Assembly (NCBI GenBank): GCA_043228905.1
Contig: JBHGNT010000001.1
Coordinates: 17,484,001 to 17,548,000 of the forward strand
Reading direction: 5' to 3'
From: Azolla caroliniana
Taxonomy: Eukaryota > Plantae > Polypodiophyta
DNA: 64,000 nt
Shown: piece after piece, positions 1 to 10,205 of the stretch
Layout: each line of letters starts with the position of its first letter
Position numbering within the stretch: the stretch's first letter is position 1
Position numbers and translations under genes: made by a program
The notes under the pieces: model-generated
Databases searched by the model: none
Told to the model about the DNA's origin: nothing
The model's input: only the letters and a program-made list of their open reading frames with translations

Positions 1-790
1 CTCCCTCGGATTGAGAATTGGATGCAATACACGACCGAATAGTAATGACAACTAAGTGTAGAATAATGGCAATGGATGAGTGAACTCCGTCAAATCGAAA
101 AGTGGCAGCAATCCAAGACCAAACAGTAGCAGCAACTGAGAGTAGAATGATGGCAATGGAGGAGTGAACTCCGTCAGATCGAATAGTGGCAGATGATGCT
201 TGGAACGCACAGTGACGACAGCTGAGAGTAGAATGGCGATAGTGGAGAAGGAGTGAACTCCCTCGGATCGAAAAGTGGCAGCAATACACGATCGAACAGT
301 AGTGGTAACTAAGTGTAGAATGATGGCAATGGATGAGTGAACTCCGTCAAATCGAAAAGTGGCAGCAATCCAGGACCGAACAATAGCGACAACTAAGTGT
401 AGAATGATGGCAATGGAAGAGTGAACTCCTTCAGATCGAACAATGGCAGATGATGCTTGGAATGCATAGTGATGGCAACTGAGAGTAGAGTGGCGGCAAT
501 GGAGAAGGAGTTAACTCCGTCGGATCGAAAAGTGGCAGCAATATACAACCTTCACAGTGCAACTGAGTGTAGAGTGGAGGCAATGGAGGAGTGAACTTGG
601 CAGATGATGCTTGGACTAAACAGTGGTCGCAACTAAGTGTAGAATGGTGGCAATCGAGGAGTGAACTCTGTCAGATCGAACAGTGCCAGATGATACTTGG
701 ACCACATAGTGGCGGTATCTGAGTGTAGAATAGAAACAATGGAGGAGTGGATTCAATAGGGTTTTGCAACAGTGGTAGTAATCTAAGCAA
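1..790. repeat. Diverged tandem repeat, ~84-89 bp monomers with a 257-bp trimeric higher-order period
   Basis: GAGTGAACTC-like motif recurs at 78, 162, 251, 335, 419, 508, 589, 659 and 745. The spacings 78->335, 162->419 and 251->508 are all 257 bp. Confidence 0.85.
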
Positions 791-1039
791 GAATACTAAA
801 CCAGAGATGGCCCACGTGATGTGGCAAAGGATCATGTATAATGGACCAAGGAATTCAATATATAATTTATGGTGCACAAATCAATTTATGTTGCACGTTT
901 ATGTTGCACATTTATGGTACTCATTTATATAATTAAAACTCTCTACTATTTTCAATGGTAGCTTTTTGTATAGCTAATTTATCAATGGTAGCTTTTTTCA
1001 TAACTAATTAACTATGTCAAGGACATAGCTAATTGTTTC

Positions 1040-1212
1040 CACTTGCATGCTTTGACCCATTACCTTTCACTTGAAGAGTTGTCGAGTAGCTTTCAAGATT
1101 GCTTATAGAATTGCTAACATGAGGCTCCAGAGTATTCAATATCAATTTGTGAAGGGCTTGTGGGTACCTTTCAACAATAAAGAATCTAGATGTAAGGGTC
1201 TGATTGGGTGAC
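1040..1212 (+). pseudogene. 5' fragment of the Sola-like transposase, cut by the Gypsy insertion at 1213
   Basis: Removing 1213-13954 and one TSD copy restores the reading GLIG-R-HAVKWM into the transposase at 13960. The left boundary is approximate. Confidence 0.6.
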
Positions 1213-1288
1213 TGTCAGGAATAGTACTAAGACAGAGAGGGAATTAGTACTAGAGATAAGGATTAGTACTAAGAGGAAAAGAGGGTGC

Positions 1289-1356
<68 letters not shown>

Positions 1357-2325
1357 AACAAATGATATATTATATTATATGAAGAGAATATACAAGAATA
1401 CCTAGGAGGCTTAAGACTGGCGTTGAACCGAATTGGTTCTCAATAATGCCATGTGCCTCTTTTTATAGTATGCTTAGGAGTACTCTTGACATTTCTAGAA
1501 TGTTCTAGAGAAATCTAGAATACACATGGATTTCTTAAGTGAAATAATAAATGGAAATAATATTCTTCATATTACAATATATAGCTTAATGGTAAGGCTT
1601 CAACCCATTGTTAGGAAACAGGTCCCTCTGGATGGGAAGTTAGAAGAATAGTACTGATGAGCAAACTCGGTCGAGGCCGAAACCGGATGACGAGTACCCG
1701 GCTACGGAGAGCCGGATGTTGCAGACCCGGTGAGAACCGGATGACGAGTACCCGGCAAGCGCCGGATGATGCAGGCCCGGTGAGGAGTGCTCATTGGATG
1801 AAGAGACATATTCGTAAATATGTTTCTGAGAGTCCATTGTGGCTATATTTGTAAATAGCCGAAAAGTCATATTAGTATAAATATGACTTAGGGCAAACTT
1901 TTTGCGAGATGTTGTCATTCTTGTTGGTAAAAAGACTAGAGAGCGCGTAATAGTGTACAGTGTACAGAGAGAGAGAGAGAGAGAGGAAGAGGTTGTTGCC
2001 TCTGTTGTAACCGCCACCTGTGGCGAAGATCGTGAGCACGAGGTCGTTGCCTCTGTGAGCTCATTGTTGTAATCATTGTGATATAGTGATAGTTTGGAGT
2101 CTGTGGACTCCCGTGGTTTTTCCCTCTCAGGGTTTTCCACGTTAAACATCCTGTGTACTCTTCTTCTCTCCTTTGTGTTGTGTGTTCATTCCCCGTTTTC
2201 TGTGTTTGATTCTAAGCTCGGTTGTGGCCGAGCGTTACGAAGGGAGCGTGTAGTTCCTGTCACCCATGTGACACAAGGTCATGGGTTCAAATCCTTTTGA
2301 AGCCATATCATGCTATATCATGACA
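1213..2325 (-). repeat. 3' LTR of the outer Tcn1-like element, containing an (AG)n microsatellite (~1294-1350) and a Copia solo LTR
   Basis: TGTCAGGAAT...TATCATGACA; colinear with 13551-13954 once 1609-2262 is removed. Confidence 0.9.
1609..2262 (+). mobile_element. Copia solo LTR (same family as 15338-16083 and 55143-55915)
   Basis: TGTTAGGAAACAGG...CCTGTCA, perfect 5-bp TSD CCCAT, TATA-like TAGTATAAATA near 1874, CCGG-rich U3 repeats. Confidence 0.92.
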
Positions 2326-4031
2326 CTAACCCCCCCCCCCGTAAGACGATGAGTGTTACGAGGCATCTTAGATGGAGGTCCTGGTTTGTCGGGATATTGT
2401 CGTGATATTCTCGAGTGGTTCCCAAGTACGCTCGCTTGAACTATAGCCTAGCCAATTGACCAAATAGTAGAGCTTATGCGAACAATCTTGGAGTCCAAGA
2501 TGACATCAACTTCGTACTCCGGTCTTGCTTCAAGCTCGATTGGGGGTGGAGGTGGTGTAATACGATTCGGAATGGTGTTGTCTTCATAAGGTTCGAGAAG
2601 AGAACTATGAAAAACCGGATCTAACCGTAGTTGTGGAGGTAGATCAAGATGAAAAGTGACATCATTAACTTTTCCGATAATACGGAAAGGACCTAATCGT
2701 CGATAATCCAATTTATCGCATGGTCGAGTAATCTTGATGTGTCTTCATAATAGCCATACCCGATTTCCAATGTCAAAACAGGATGGATGCCAATGATGAT
2801 CCGCATAAGCCTTCTGTGTTTGTTGAGCTTGATGTAAATGGGTAGATAGGTTTGCCTGTATCTTGTGTAACCGCTCCAAATGATTATCTGCACGAGGGTT
2901 TATGGGTAACTCTAGAACACACACCATTGAGGATGATATCTTGTATAAACATAAAATGGTGTAACCCTAGTCCATGAGTGGATAGAGTTATTATAAGCAA
3001 ATTCGGCAAAATGGAGAATATCCGCCCAATCATAAGCAAATTCGGCAAAGTGGAGAATATTTGCCCAATCATCTTGTTGATAGCTTAGAAAACACTAAAG
3101 ATACTATTCCAACATTTGATTTGTTCATTCTGCTTGCTCATCTGTTTGAGGGTGATAGTTAGAGGAGAGGTTACAAGTGACCTTGAGCATTTTGAAGAAA
3201 AGCTTCTAGAATTTCAAGACGCATTGAGGTCCATAGTCGCTGATGATACTATCTGGGAGGCCATGATGCCAAAATACCTCACGCATGACAATTTAAGCGG
3301 TTTCTTCACTAGTGATTGCCTTAGTACAAGGCAGGAAATGTGCCATCTTAGTATATCAATCTACTATTGTTAAGATCACATCAAATACCTTTGAAGCTGG
3401 AAGATCTGTGTTAAAATCTAGAGAAATGGACTACCACGACTTGCTTGAAATTGGTAATGGTTCCAATAAAACATATGGATAATTTCTTGGCATCTTTGCT
3501 CTACAACATGTATCACATGTCTGAACATAGACTTCAAAAAATCATCGCATATGGGGCCACCAAAATGATCATTGTACTAAATCCAACGTTTTAGTACTAC
3601 CAAAATGTCCAACTGTATATGTGTCATGACAATTTCGGACTACCCGAAGGTGACAAGAACCATTCAGAACATACAAGAGCTTCTTAAAGAATAGTAATCC
3701 ATCATGATATTCGAATTGTCAATAGTCCGTAACTGGTTGTTGCGACCTTGAACAGGTTCCTCGTGAGGGATCAATTTGCGCTAGAATGGCTTGAGCGAAA
3801 ACGTCTGTCTTCAAGTCTTCACGTCTTCACGTATGGTCTCGATAATGTGGGAATCCAATGGAGTGTCAATAACCCACGTTGCTCGGTCGTGCTAGTCCTA
3901 GGATGACTTGCTTTTGATTATCGAATGCTGGATCGCCGGGACGAGGTGGTAGATACGAGCGCCATGATAATGCATTTGCCTTCCCTTGTTGCTTCGTAGG
4001 ACGATATGTAATTTTGAAGTCAAAGTTTGGT

Positions 4032-5423
4032 ACGGATATAAAGAGTATATGGTGCATCATTATGCGTACATGGCGAAGTTGGTAGCCATGGGGGTGCATC
4101 TGGCGGGTAGATCGACACAGTTTCTACTCTGCCGATTTGATACTCTTTGACACCAACCTCTTCTTTGGAGGGCCGTCTTCCTGCTTTCCGGAGTCGGATC
4201 CTCCGATCCGACTCTTCCCTGGCAGTGTCATATTCCGACATCTTCTCCTTCCCTTTTTCTTTGCATGTGAACCATATCCTTGGTTCCTTGTGAGAGCATG
4301 ACGAAGTCTTCGTTACTCACCAGATCGTCATCTGATTGACCGCTTCGGCTCAACCAATCTGGATTCGGTTCACTAATCCGAAGGGAAGTCGGACTATCCA
4401 GTCGTTCAAATTCCGCAACACTTCCCTCTGTGCTGGAATCTGTCACTTCATTAGCCACAATCGGCTCCGGTTCAGGTGATGGAAGGTACCAAGATGTTGA
4501 TTCGTTGACGAGGACATCACAACTAACTTGGACTTGCTTCGACGGGGGGTTGAAGCACTTATACCCCTTTTGGTCATCGGAGTAGCGAACGAGGATGCAC
4601 TTCTCGAATTTTGCATCCAGTTTCTTCTACTTTTCATTTGGCACATGCCCATACGTAATGTTGCTGAATACTTGAAGGTGTGCCAAATTTGGCTTCCGCT
4701 TGAAATACAATTCGTGCGGTGACACCTTTGTCCCTGAGGCAGATACAATTCGATATAAATGGGTTTCCGAAATGCTTCGGCCCAAAAAATCCGAGGCATG
4801 CTCTTCTCCTCTAGCATTGCCTTAGCCACTTCTACCAACGTCCGATTTCGATGTTCAGCCACACCATTATGCTCCAGTGTGTATCTCCAAGAGAACTCTC
4901 GGCGAATTCCCTTGGTCTACAGATAACTAGTAAACTAGTTGGAAAAGTACTCTTTTCCGCCATCCGATCTTAGATAATTTTCCTTTCAGTTTCTCGTTCT
5001 ACATGATTCTTTAGGTATCGGATGGAAGAAAAGACTTCGCACTTCTTCTCGATCAAATAGATCCAAGAGTGTCGACTGAAATCGTTGATGAAAGAGACAA
5101 AATACCGACTCCCGCCGATGCCCACGTTTTGTGCCGGTCCCCATATATCCAAATGGATGAGATCAAGCAGATTTCGGCTCCGATTCTTTTCATTGGGGAA
5201 TGGAAGCCTATGCTGCTTCTCGAGTTAGCAGGCTTCACATATTTGGCCTTTCCGGCCACAAAACTTCGGCAGTCCGGAAACTATGTGTTCTGAAAGCTTC
5301 CGGAAGTTGATGTGGCTGATCCGCTTATGCCACTGGTCGATGTCCGACTCGAATTTTTTCCCTTTTGCGAACATAGTAGTGCCAACTTCATTAGTTTTGA
5401 GGATGAACATTCTTCCATCCCGG
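4032..5423 (-). mobile_element. LTR-less internal Copia fragment (GAG-pre-integrase/integrase/linker) inserted in the Tcn1-like RNase H region
   Basis: WHKRISH, DIWGPAQ and AEHRNRTLVEVAKAML motifs; same family as 28533-34153. Host frame ARRAQF|FDFKITYRP resumes on both sides. Confidence 0.8.
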
Positions 5424-6727
5424 TGGGAATTGGGCCCGCCGAGCTTGTTGTCGACTTAATACATGAGGATTCTAGAAATAGGCAAGGTTTTTGTGATTAT
5501 TGAATACGGTGACTTGATGAGAAGATCCCTCTAAAAAATGCCTCCATTGTGCGAAAGAGTCCACTATTGCCAATAGCTCCTTGTCATGTATCTCGTAGTT
5601 GATTTCGGCGGTGTCAAACTTGCGCGAGTGGAAAGCCACAAGATGTAGTTTTTCATCATTGCCTTGTTGTGACAGAATGCTACAAAGGGCGAAATCCGAC
5701 GTGCCCACCTCAATAATGAACAGTTTTTTTGAATCAACATGAGGTAGAATAGGAGTTGATGTAAATGCTTTCTTAAGACTTACAAAAGCCGTGTCCGCTT
5801 CCTTAGACCAAACAAACAATTACCCCTTCTTGGTAAGCTGTGTGAGAGGCAAAATAAGCTTTGAGTAGTCCTGTATAAACTTGTAGTAGATATTTGTGAA
5901 GCCTTAAAAACATTGCACATCTCGCAACGAACAGGGAGTGTAGCTACCACTCTACCACAGTTTTGACTTAGCTGGATCCATAGAGATGCCTTCCGAAGAG
6001 ATGACATAGCCTAGAAATTCAACTTGGTTACACTCAAGCCTAAATTTTTCCAGTTTTGCATAAAGACCATGTTCTCGAAGTTGTTTTAGTACTAATAGAA
6101 CATGAGAATCATGCTCTTCTTGAGTCTTCGAATAAACTGGTGGATCATCCAAATAGATGATCGAACAGATATCCAAGAGATCTTGGAATATATCATTTGC
6201 CATGTGCTAGAAGACTGTGGTGCATCGGCAAGGCTGAATGGCATAATCGTATACTCGAAGTGCCCGTATCGGGTGCGAAAAGCGGTCTTTCATTCATCTC
6301 CCAATCGAATCCGTACAAGGTTATATGCGCCTCGTAAGTCGATCTTTGTTAAGAACTTTGCACCATTAATCCATTCTAAAAGACTCGAGATAAGGGGAAG
6401 TGCATACCTATTCATGATGGTGACTTTATTTAAGTCATGGTAATCCATGACGAGATGAAGCGATCCATCCTTTTTCTTGACAAATAAAATGGGTGCGCTG
6501 GCTCGAAATTTCGAATGTCCAATGACCCCGTTTGTCAAATTATCCTCTATGTAGGCTCGAAGGACTTCTAGATGGGTTGGCAATAAGTTATAGATTGGTC
6601 CCCATGGTGGCTCTTTTCTTGGTTGTAAATCAATGGGACAATCATATGGTCGATGGTGAGGAAGAGTATTGGCTTGTACCTTATCAAACATGTCAGCATA
6701 ATGACGATACTTTTCTGAAAATTGAAT

Positions 6728-7223
6728 AATGGATTTCTCTTTAGTGGGGCTAGAAGGTTTCACTAATACTGCGAATACAAACATTGATTCCATTCGTCCT
6801 CCCTCATGCAGTTGTTGTAGCGAAATGGTTGGAACCTTATGAGTAGATTCTCAAGGTTTTCGATACTGGATTTGTCTTGTTCTCCAATCTATGTCTGGAT
6901 TGTGTAACTTGAACCATGGTAACCCCAAAACAATGGGATGTTCTGGACTACTAATTATATCGAATGATACTACACGATGGATTCCTCTTTAGTGGTGCTG
7001 GAAGGTTTCACTCATATTGCAAATAAAAACATTGATTCCTTGCGTCCTTCCTCACGTAGTTGTTGTAGCGAAATGGTTAGAACCTTATGAGTAGATTCTT
7101 GAGGTTTTCGATACTGGATTTGTCTTGTTCTCCAATCTATGTCTGGATTGTGTAACTCGAACCATGGTAACCCCAAAACAATGGGATGTTCTCGACTACT
7201 AATTATATTGAATGATACTACAC
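6728..7223. repeat. ~248-bp tandem duplication inside pol
   Basis: Sequence at 6731 recurs at 6979. Confidence 0.8.
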
Positions 7224-7829
7224 ATACCAAATTATCTAGGACAACATTAATTGGCTCTGACTCTTCTACAAATTTCCGGAAGCAATGGGGTGTCCATCAA
7301 TGACTACTACAGAGGTTGGGCAAGGGAGTTTTCTTAAGAATATCTGATGAGCTCGGGAAAAATTCTTATCCATGAAGCGAGAATTAGCTCTGGAACCTAG
7401 GAGTGCTAAGACATGTACTAGAGGAGTAATTTTAGTAGTAATTGTTACTTGAGCTAGGAAGACATTGCTAACTTGCTTAGAAGGAATGAAACCACTAATG
7501 GGTTGCACATATCTAGGGTTTTCCAACCAAACGACTCCTTTTTTTGCTAAACTTAGTCGTTTAACTCTTCTTCTAGTTGATTGAGGACTTCAAATTTGTT
7601 TGATAGGCTTGGGCTATTAAAACTATCAAACACTCCTAATGAAATAGACTTGGGCTTAATATTATTAGCACTAGCGGCTATTTGATTTACCTGTCTTCTT
7701 GGCCTATTGGGACAGTTTACTGCAATATGCCCCGGTTCACCGCAATAAAGACATAGTCGATTTGCTCGGTGTCGTTGCTTTTCCTCTTCCGATAATGGTC
7801 CGCGTTGATGTGTAGTGTCGATTTCCATG

Positions 7830-9462
7830 TATTTTTGTTGACCTTACGGCCGGTACAAGGAGTGCGGAATGGGGAAATCATTGGTGGATTGTAGATAAGT
7901 CGAGAGGGAGACGATACCACCAAGATCGATTTAAGCGCACACGAATCGTAGACAAAGCTTGGTGTAGGCGACGATTAGATGAGATAAAGCGAGGGGAGAG
8001 GGAGATGAGTGATCAAAATACTAAAAATAAAACTCTACATAACAATAAAACCCTAAATAAGATTAAAACATACCCATGAGCTTGAGAAAGAGAGAGGGAT
8101 TAAACAAAACTAATCTTCATTAAGATACTGTTTACAATGAGATAGGGGAAATGGGAATAACCACGGGCAAACTAGTTTCGCCCCCTATGGGGCTCATCAG
8201 TGCTAAGTGGCCTTTGGGGGTTGATGGTGTTTATACAGGGAGGTTTAGGACAGGATTTAGAAAAATGAGAATAAGGAGTGGGGAGTGGAGGTGTGCTAAT
8301 GGTTATGATTGAAAAAGGGGAAGGAGAGAAGAGAAGGCTATATAATAAGGGGAAATATAATGAGCGGGAGAGGGTTTAATGTGAAGGGGTAATAGTGGGT
8401 GTTTAGAAAAATCTAAGGGGGTGAAAAGGTAACAAAAAAAGAAAAACTAGGAAACAAAAGGGGAGAGTAAGGGAGGTATAGAATTCGTGAGAGGGGAACT
8501 TAGAAAAAAAGGAAGAGGGGAAAAAAAGAAAGAGAGAGAGGAGTGATTAGTCATAGGGAAGAGAGTGGAGAGAGGGGAACTTAGAAATAAGGAAGAGAGG
8601 AAAAACTTAAAAGAAAAAAGGGGGAGAGAGAGAGAGAGAGAGAGGAGTGATTAGACGTAGAGAAGAGAGTGGAGAGAGGGTGGGGAAACGTGAAAAAGTA
8701 AGAGAGAGTGGAGAGGCAAGAGTAACTAAAATGTAAGAGAGAGGTAAGGAGAGTAATATGTGAAGAAAGAGGAGGGATTTAAAAAGAGAGAAGAGACTAG
8801 GGGCTAAGGTAAGGTAAAATAAAGTGAGATATGGGTGAGGGTAATAAAGGTAGAGAGAAGGGAGGGGTATGAATAGAAGTAAGGGAAAGTAAGAGAAGAT
8901 TAAAATGAAACATAAAGTAAATTTGGGAAGGGTAGGATTGGAAAAGCTATTAGAGGGGGGTGAGAAACATAAATTAGAATTAAATTGACGGGGGCCAAAA
9001 ATAAAAAAGGCTAGAAAGTAAGAAAACTCAAGGACCTAATGGAGAGGGTTAGGGAGAAGAGAAAAGGGAGGGGTACGAATGAAAATAAGAGAAAGTAAGA
9101 GAAGATAAAATGAAAAATAGAAAGGTGGAGAAAGAGTAAAATGAAAATGGAGGGACTTCAAAAGAAGAGGCAAAGGATTTAGAGAAAGGACGAGGAGGGG
9201 TAAGGTAAAGTGAGACATGGGCGAGGGCAGACAAAGGAGAACATGGGTGAGGGTAGCACATTGGAAAAGGAATATGAAAATGAAAGGGTATATTGTAATA
9301 CGAAAAATGTAGAGGGGGCCAAGGGAAAAAGGGAAAAAAAATTAAAAAACTAACATAAGGAATGAAGAGAGAAGGAAAGGAAAGGGGGAACAAGAAATAG
9401 AAAAAATTAAGTTAAAGGGGGTGAGAATAAAAAGGGCTAGAAATTAAAAAGTCAAGGAACAA
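7830..9462 (-). mobile_element. Probable Penelope-like element fragment (hammerhead-bearing terminal repeat plus a strongly strand-skewed low-complexity tract)
   Basis: A 1.6-kb insert interrupts gag at TP|MEID with ATG duplicated at both ends. It carries a minimal type I hammerhead. No RT or GIY-YIG domain is visible, so the class is inferred from the ribozyme. Confidence 0.55.
8161..8210 (-). ncRNA. Minimal type I hammerhead ribozyme
   Basis: Minus strand reads CCAC-TTA-GCA CTGATGA GCCCC-ATAG-GGGGC GAAAC TA GTT TGC-CC-GTGG. Both core boxes are intact, with a 5-bp stem II, palindromic stem III (ACTAGT), GUU triplet and interrupted stem I. Confidence 0.8.
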
Positions 9463-10205
9463 ATGGGGAGTGGTATTTGTTGGAGACGCATTATATGACT
9501 CCCTTGCAAATGGTTTTGCTATGACTGAGGCATATGTAGGGTTCGACCTTGTTCTTGGCATCTGTAATTGACATTCCAAATGCCATTCAAAAAGTCTATT
9601 ATCGCAATGTACCAATTGACTGATTTCCTTTATGAACGACTTTTGTTCTTCAAGAAAAGTTAGGTTTGACATCATTTCGAAGGCCATATCGAAACTGCTC
9701 CATTAATGCTAGATCATCCCAGGGAATATCGGCGACGAGTAGATTGAAATCCGCAGCATAGGCTGAGGCTGGACAATCACCATGACACAATCTTCAGATT
9801 TTATTGATTGTCGTCCTAACGCTATCGATGTCCCTGAAGCAAGCTTTAAACTCGCTAATAAATTCCTCAAAATTATTTACCAATGGAGATCTTTGTTCTC
9901 CTTGCCAAAGTTGAACCACTAAGCAACATGCCTACTAATCCCACTCGTGATGCATTGGTGGGACATCGAGAAGGATGCATTTGAACAACAAGACGTACCT
10001 GATTAAGGAATCCTCTGAATTGTGATTGCGTTTTGTCAAATTTCACAGGAAGACTTATCTTGGATTCTTTATGAATTGCGTGAGTACTTGCTCCGTGTTG
10101 TTGCAAGGACACAATGGTTGCTTCAAGTTGTTGAACACGTAACGCCAACTCTCTATGTTGTTGTTGCGTTTGCTGCTTCTCTAGAGAGATTTGTTGAGGA
10201 TCCAT

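Larger units (their letters stand above)
2345..7552 (-). pseudogene. Decayed pol of the Tcn1-like element (protease, RT, RNase H, integrase, chromodomain)
   Basis: Fragments ALLGSRANSRFMD (PR), PPWGPIYNL...IIYLDD (RT), VAFHSRKF...NYEIHDKELLAI (RNase H), LGPFRI (GPF/Y), EYEVDVILDSK...TWEPLEN (chromodomain). Many stops and frameshifts. Confidence 0.9.

Noticed and set aside
1-790. CRISPR-like periodicity
   Set aside because: The whole unit is repeated with no unique spacers, there are no cas genes, and the context is eukaryotic.
1648-1700. CTGATGAG...CGAAAC hammerhead-like boxes in the Copia solo LTR
   Set aside because: Stems I-III do not pair, and the related LTR at 55143-55915 reads CCGACGAA at this position, so the box is probably a CpG-decay coincidence.
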